Origin: Acidimicrobiia bacterium
GTDB lineage: Bacteria > Actinomycetota > Acidimicrobiia > IMCC26256 > Chersky-534
Assembly (NCBI GenBank): GCA_017882925.1
Contig: JADGOM010000026.1
Span: 1 to 40,806, forward strand
Length of the DNA stretch: 40,806 nucleotides
Direction: 5' to 3'
Shown here: one piece after another, positions 38,479-40,806 of the stretch
Numbering within the stretch: position 1 is the first letter of the stretch
Layout: every line of letters begins with the position of its first letter
Notes under the pieces: generated by a model
The model's input: only the letters and a program-made list of their open reading frames with translations
The model's database searches: none
What the model was told of the DNA's origin: nothing
Position numbers and translations under genes: made by a program

Positions 38479-39966
38479 TCAGGAGTCCTTGAACGTGTTG
38501 ACCCGGTGGTCGGTGAAGCGGTCGACGGGCGAAGCCCCCGAGTCGCGGGCGGCGTGGGTCCAGTCGGGCTGCTTGCCCCGGAACGTCTCGTCGAAGCGCG
38601 CCACGCCGTCGACGATGTCGACCAGCTCGGCGATGAGCTCGGGCTCGCGGGCCGCCGCGGTGCCCGCGACGTGGGCGTCGAACGCGGCGGGGAACGCGGC
38701 CATCAGGCTCGCCACCACCACCTGGTGCTGCGTGGCGAGCGAACAGCGCGCACCGGTGATCACCGAGTCGAGCCGGCGGCCGATCTCGACCTTGTCCTGT
38801 TGGAGGTCGACCCGGGTGTCGTCGAGCGTGGCGAGCGAGTGCAGGCGGTCGGAGATGATGAGCCCGTCCTGCTTGCACGGCGTGCACTGCCCGCACGACT
38901 CGACCGCGAGGAAGCGCGACACGCCGGCCGCGACCGCCACCGGGTCGAAGGTGTCGTCGTAGACGATGAAGCCCGCGGAGCCGAGGCCGCTGCCGATCGC
39001 GGCCAGGCCCTCGTACGAGAGCGGCGCGTCGAGCTGGTCGGCGGTGATCACCGGGTTGGACACACCCGGGAGGACCGCGGTCAACGTGCGGCCGGGCAGC
39101 ACGCCCCCACCGATCGTCTCGATCACCTCGCGCAGCGGGGTCCCCATCGGGAACTCGCCCACGCCCGCGTGCTGCACGGCCCCGGTCACGGTGCACACCA
39201 TGGTCCCCGGCGACTCCCGGGTGCCCTCGGTGCGGAACCACTCGGCCCCGCGCCACACGATCCGCGGGACGTTGGCGATGGTCTCGACGTTGTCGACGAG
39301 CGTGGGGGCGGCCTCGCTGTGGGTGGCGCCCGCCATCTCCACGTGGGCCGAGAGCCCGCTGCCGCTGTTGACGTCGCCCGCGGTCTCGACCACCTCGTCG
39401 ACGCCGCGGCGGAACGGCGGCGCGATGCGCGGGAACGGCGCCCGGCCGTCGAGCGACTCGAGCAGCGCGGTCTCCTCGCCGTAGAGGTACTCCGACGGCC
39501 CGGTGTGGATGCTCATCGCGATGCCGTCGGCCCAGCCCGCGGCGCGGATCGCGTCCATCGCCGCCTCCACGCGCGCGATCTCGGGCCCGAACGACGACTT
39601 CAAGGCGATGATCACGGAGTCGGCGCCGACGACGACGGCGGCGATGAGCGCGCCCTCGATGATCTCGAACGGGTTCATCCGCAGCAGCGTGCGGTCCTTG
39701 AGCGTGCCGGGCTCGCCCTCCGCCGCGTTGACGACGACCGTGGCCGGGTTGTCGGGCGAGCAGTAGTCCGCGACCGTGCGCCACTTCCGCCCGGTGGGGA
39801 ACCCGGCACCGCCGCGGCCGCGCAGACCCGAGGCCTCGAGCTCCGAGATCACGTCGGCGGGCACGGCGGCCCGGGCGGCTTCGATCCCCCGCCCGCCGCG
39901 CTCCGCGAGGTAGTCGTCGAACGTCTCGACGGGGTGGGGCGGAAGCACGCGGTGCACGATTGTCAT
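38479..39966 (-). CDS. Stand-alone NuoF-like flavo-iron-sulfur protein (complex I 51 kDa + SLBB + 4Fe-4S)
   Basis: LRGRGGAGFPTGRKW, EGEPGTLKDR, GEETALLESLDG, NVET, ESCGQCTPC...C motifs. Confidence 0.88.
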   Translation of the reverse strand: MTIVHRVLPPHPVETFDDYLAERGGRGIEAARAAVPADVISELEASGLRGRGGAGFPTGRKWRTVADYCSPDNPATVVVNAAEGEPGTLKDRTLLRMNPFEIIEGALIAAVVVGADSVIIALKSSFGPEIARVEAAMDAIRAAGWADGIAMSIHTGPSEYLYGEETALLESLDGRAPFPRIAPPFRRGVDEVVETAGDVNSGSGLSAHVEMAGATHSEAAPTLVDNVETIANVPRIVWRGAEWFRTEGTRESPGTMVCTVTGAVQHAGVGEFPMGTPLREVIETIGGGVLPGRTLTAVLPGVSNPVITADQLDAPLSYEGLAAIGSGLGSAGFIVYDDTFDPVAVAAGVSRFLAVESCGQCTPCKQDGLIISDRLHSLATLDDTRVDLQQDKVEIGRRLDSVITGARCSLATQHQVVVASLMAAFPAAFDAHVAGTAAAREPELIAELVDIVDGVARFDETFRGKQPDWTHAARDSGASPVDRFTDHRVNTFKDS

Positions 39967-40071
39967 GGTCTCTCCCGTGTCACGGAACCGGTGGATCTGT
40001 GGTGCTCAGGTTGCCAGAGCCCGGCCGCACCCGACGAACCTCCTGGCCGGGCCGCCGCGGCGAACCCGACG

Positions 40072-40806
40072 CTAGAGGTAGTCGTGGTGGAGCAGGTCGT
40101 TGGTGGCGAACCAGCCGGGCACCGCAGGCAGGAAGTTGGCGACGATCTGGTCGAGGAGGACCGCCGCGACCGCGATCTCGGTGGGAACTCCGGCGGCGGT
40201 GAGCGCCCCCGACATTCCGACCGAGGAGACCGCGGTGCCGCCGCCCGGGATCGGGATCATGGACGCGATGGTCGAGATGAAGATGTTCATCGCCAGCAGG
40301 GTCCAGTAGTTGATCGAGCCGCCGAACGCCCAGATGCAGATCTGCATCAAGAACGCGTACATCATGGCGTTGACGGCGTTGCCGACGAGCAGGAACGCGA
40401 CCCGCCGGGGCGACCGCGCCGCGGCCCACATCGTGTTCATCGCACTGACGACCGGCGGGAGCGCCGTCTTGCGGAGCTTCGGCACCCCGAGGATCAGGCC
40501 GACGGTGACCGCGATCGCCAGCACCGCGATGAGCACGACGTCGACGATGCTGCCGACGGGAATCGATCCCGCGTGCAGGGCCGTGGGCGAGAGCGCCACC
40601 GCGATGACCAGCAGGATGACCTGGGCGAGGATGTTGCCCGCGTTGATGAGCAGCCCACCCGACGCGACCGCCGACGCGAGGTCGACGCCCTGGCGCTGGA
40701 GGAACCGGATCTGCGCGGCCATGCCGCCGACCGCGGGGATCGCCAGGTTGGAGAACGACATCGAGAGCTGGAGCTCGCTGGTGCGCCAGAGCGGCAGCGG
40801 GATGGG
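40072..40806 (-). CDS. Lysylphosphatidylglycerol synthase TM/flippase-like membrane protein (3' part; start outside window)
   Basis: Frame open to the window edge; PAVGGMAAQIRFLQRQG, PIPGG, LTAAGVP..IAVAAVLL pattern of UPF0104-type membrane domains. Confidence 0.7.
   Translation of the reverse strand, partial: PIPLPLWRTSELQLSMSFSNLAIPAVGGMAAQIRFLQRQGVDLASAVASGGLLINAGNILAQVILLVIAVALSPTALHAGSIPVGSIVDVVLIAVLAIAVTVGLILGVPKLRKTALPPVVSAMNTMWAAARSPRRVAFLLVGNAVNAMMYAFLMQICIWAFGGSINYWTLLAMNIFISTIASMIPIPGGGTAVSSVGMSGALTAAGVPTEIAVAAVLLDQIVANFLPAVPGWFATNDLLHHDYL

Overview
High-GC (roughly 70%) actinobacterial chromosome segment, most consistent with class Acidimicrobiia (inference from gene content and protein style). 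Positions 1-22.5 kb hold a conserved housekeeping cluster read mostly on the minus strand: ychF-DUF192-rsmI-(abrB, opposite)-metG-tatD-RpfB/YabE-like-rsmA-ispE-(bS22, opposite)-tRNA-Gln-glmU-(YbjQ, opposite)-prs-rplY-pth-mfd-prsA x2-mazG-eno-divIC-DUF501. The order closely follows the Bacillus subtilis yabC-abrB-metS...divIC region. Positions 22.7-40.8 kb hold bL37, fetAB, a thioesterase, a SIMPL lipoprotein, an enoyl-CoA hydratase, an MBOAT plus SGNH O-acylation pair, serC, a NIPSNAP-like protein, an F420 LLM oxidoreductase, a PIG-L deacetylase, a mucin-like membrane protein, an SDR, a cbs-cystathionine gamma-lyase/synthase pair, an orphan NuoF-like protein and a truncated flippase-like gene. 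No integrase, transposase or CRISPR array was seen. Most notable: (1) a perfect 47-bp palindrome at the metG/tatD junction whose exact removal restores a coupled tatD start and which supplies its own SD-like sequence and GTG; (2) an RpfB/YabE scaffold carrying an RlpA-type catalytic domain behind a three-hairpin leader; (3) a Firmicute-type Zn-ribbon AbrB in the B. subtilis syntenic position, with a candidate bidirectional -10 element shared with metG; (4) an MBOAT with a roughly 160-aa multi-TM insertion next to its catalytic His; (5) tandem PrsA paralogues, one catalytically degenerate; (6) two tiny ribosomal protein genes, bS22 and bL37, not called as such in the ORF track.
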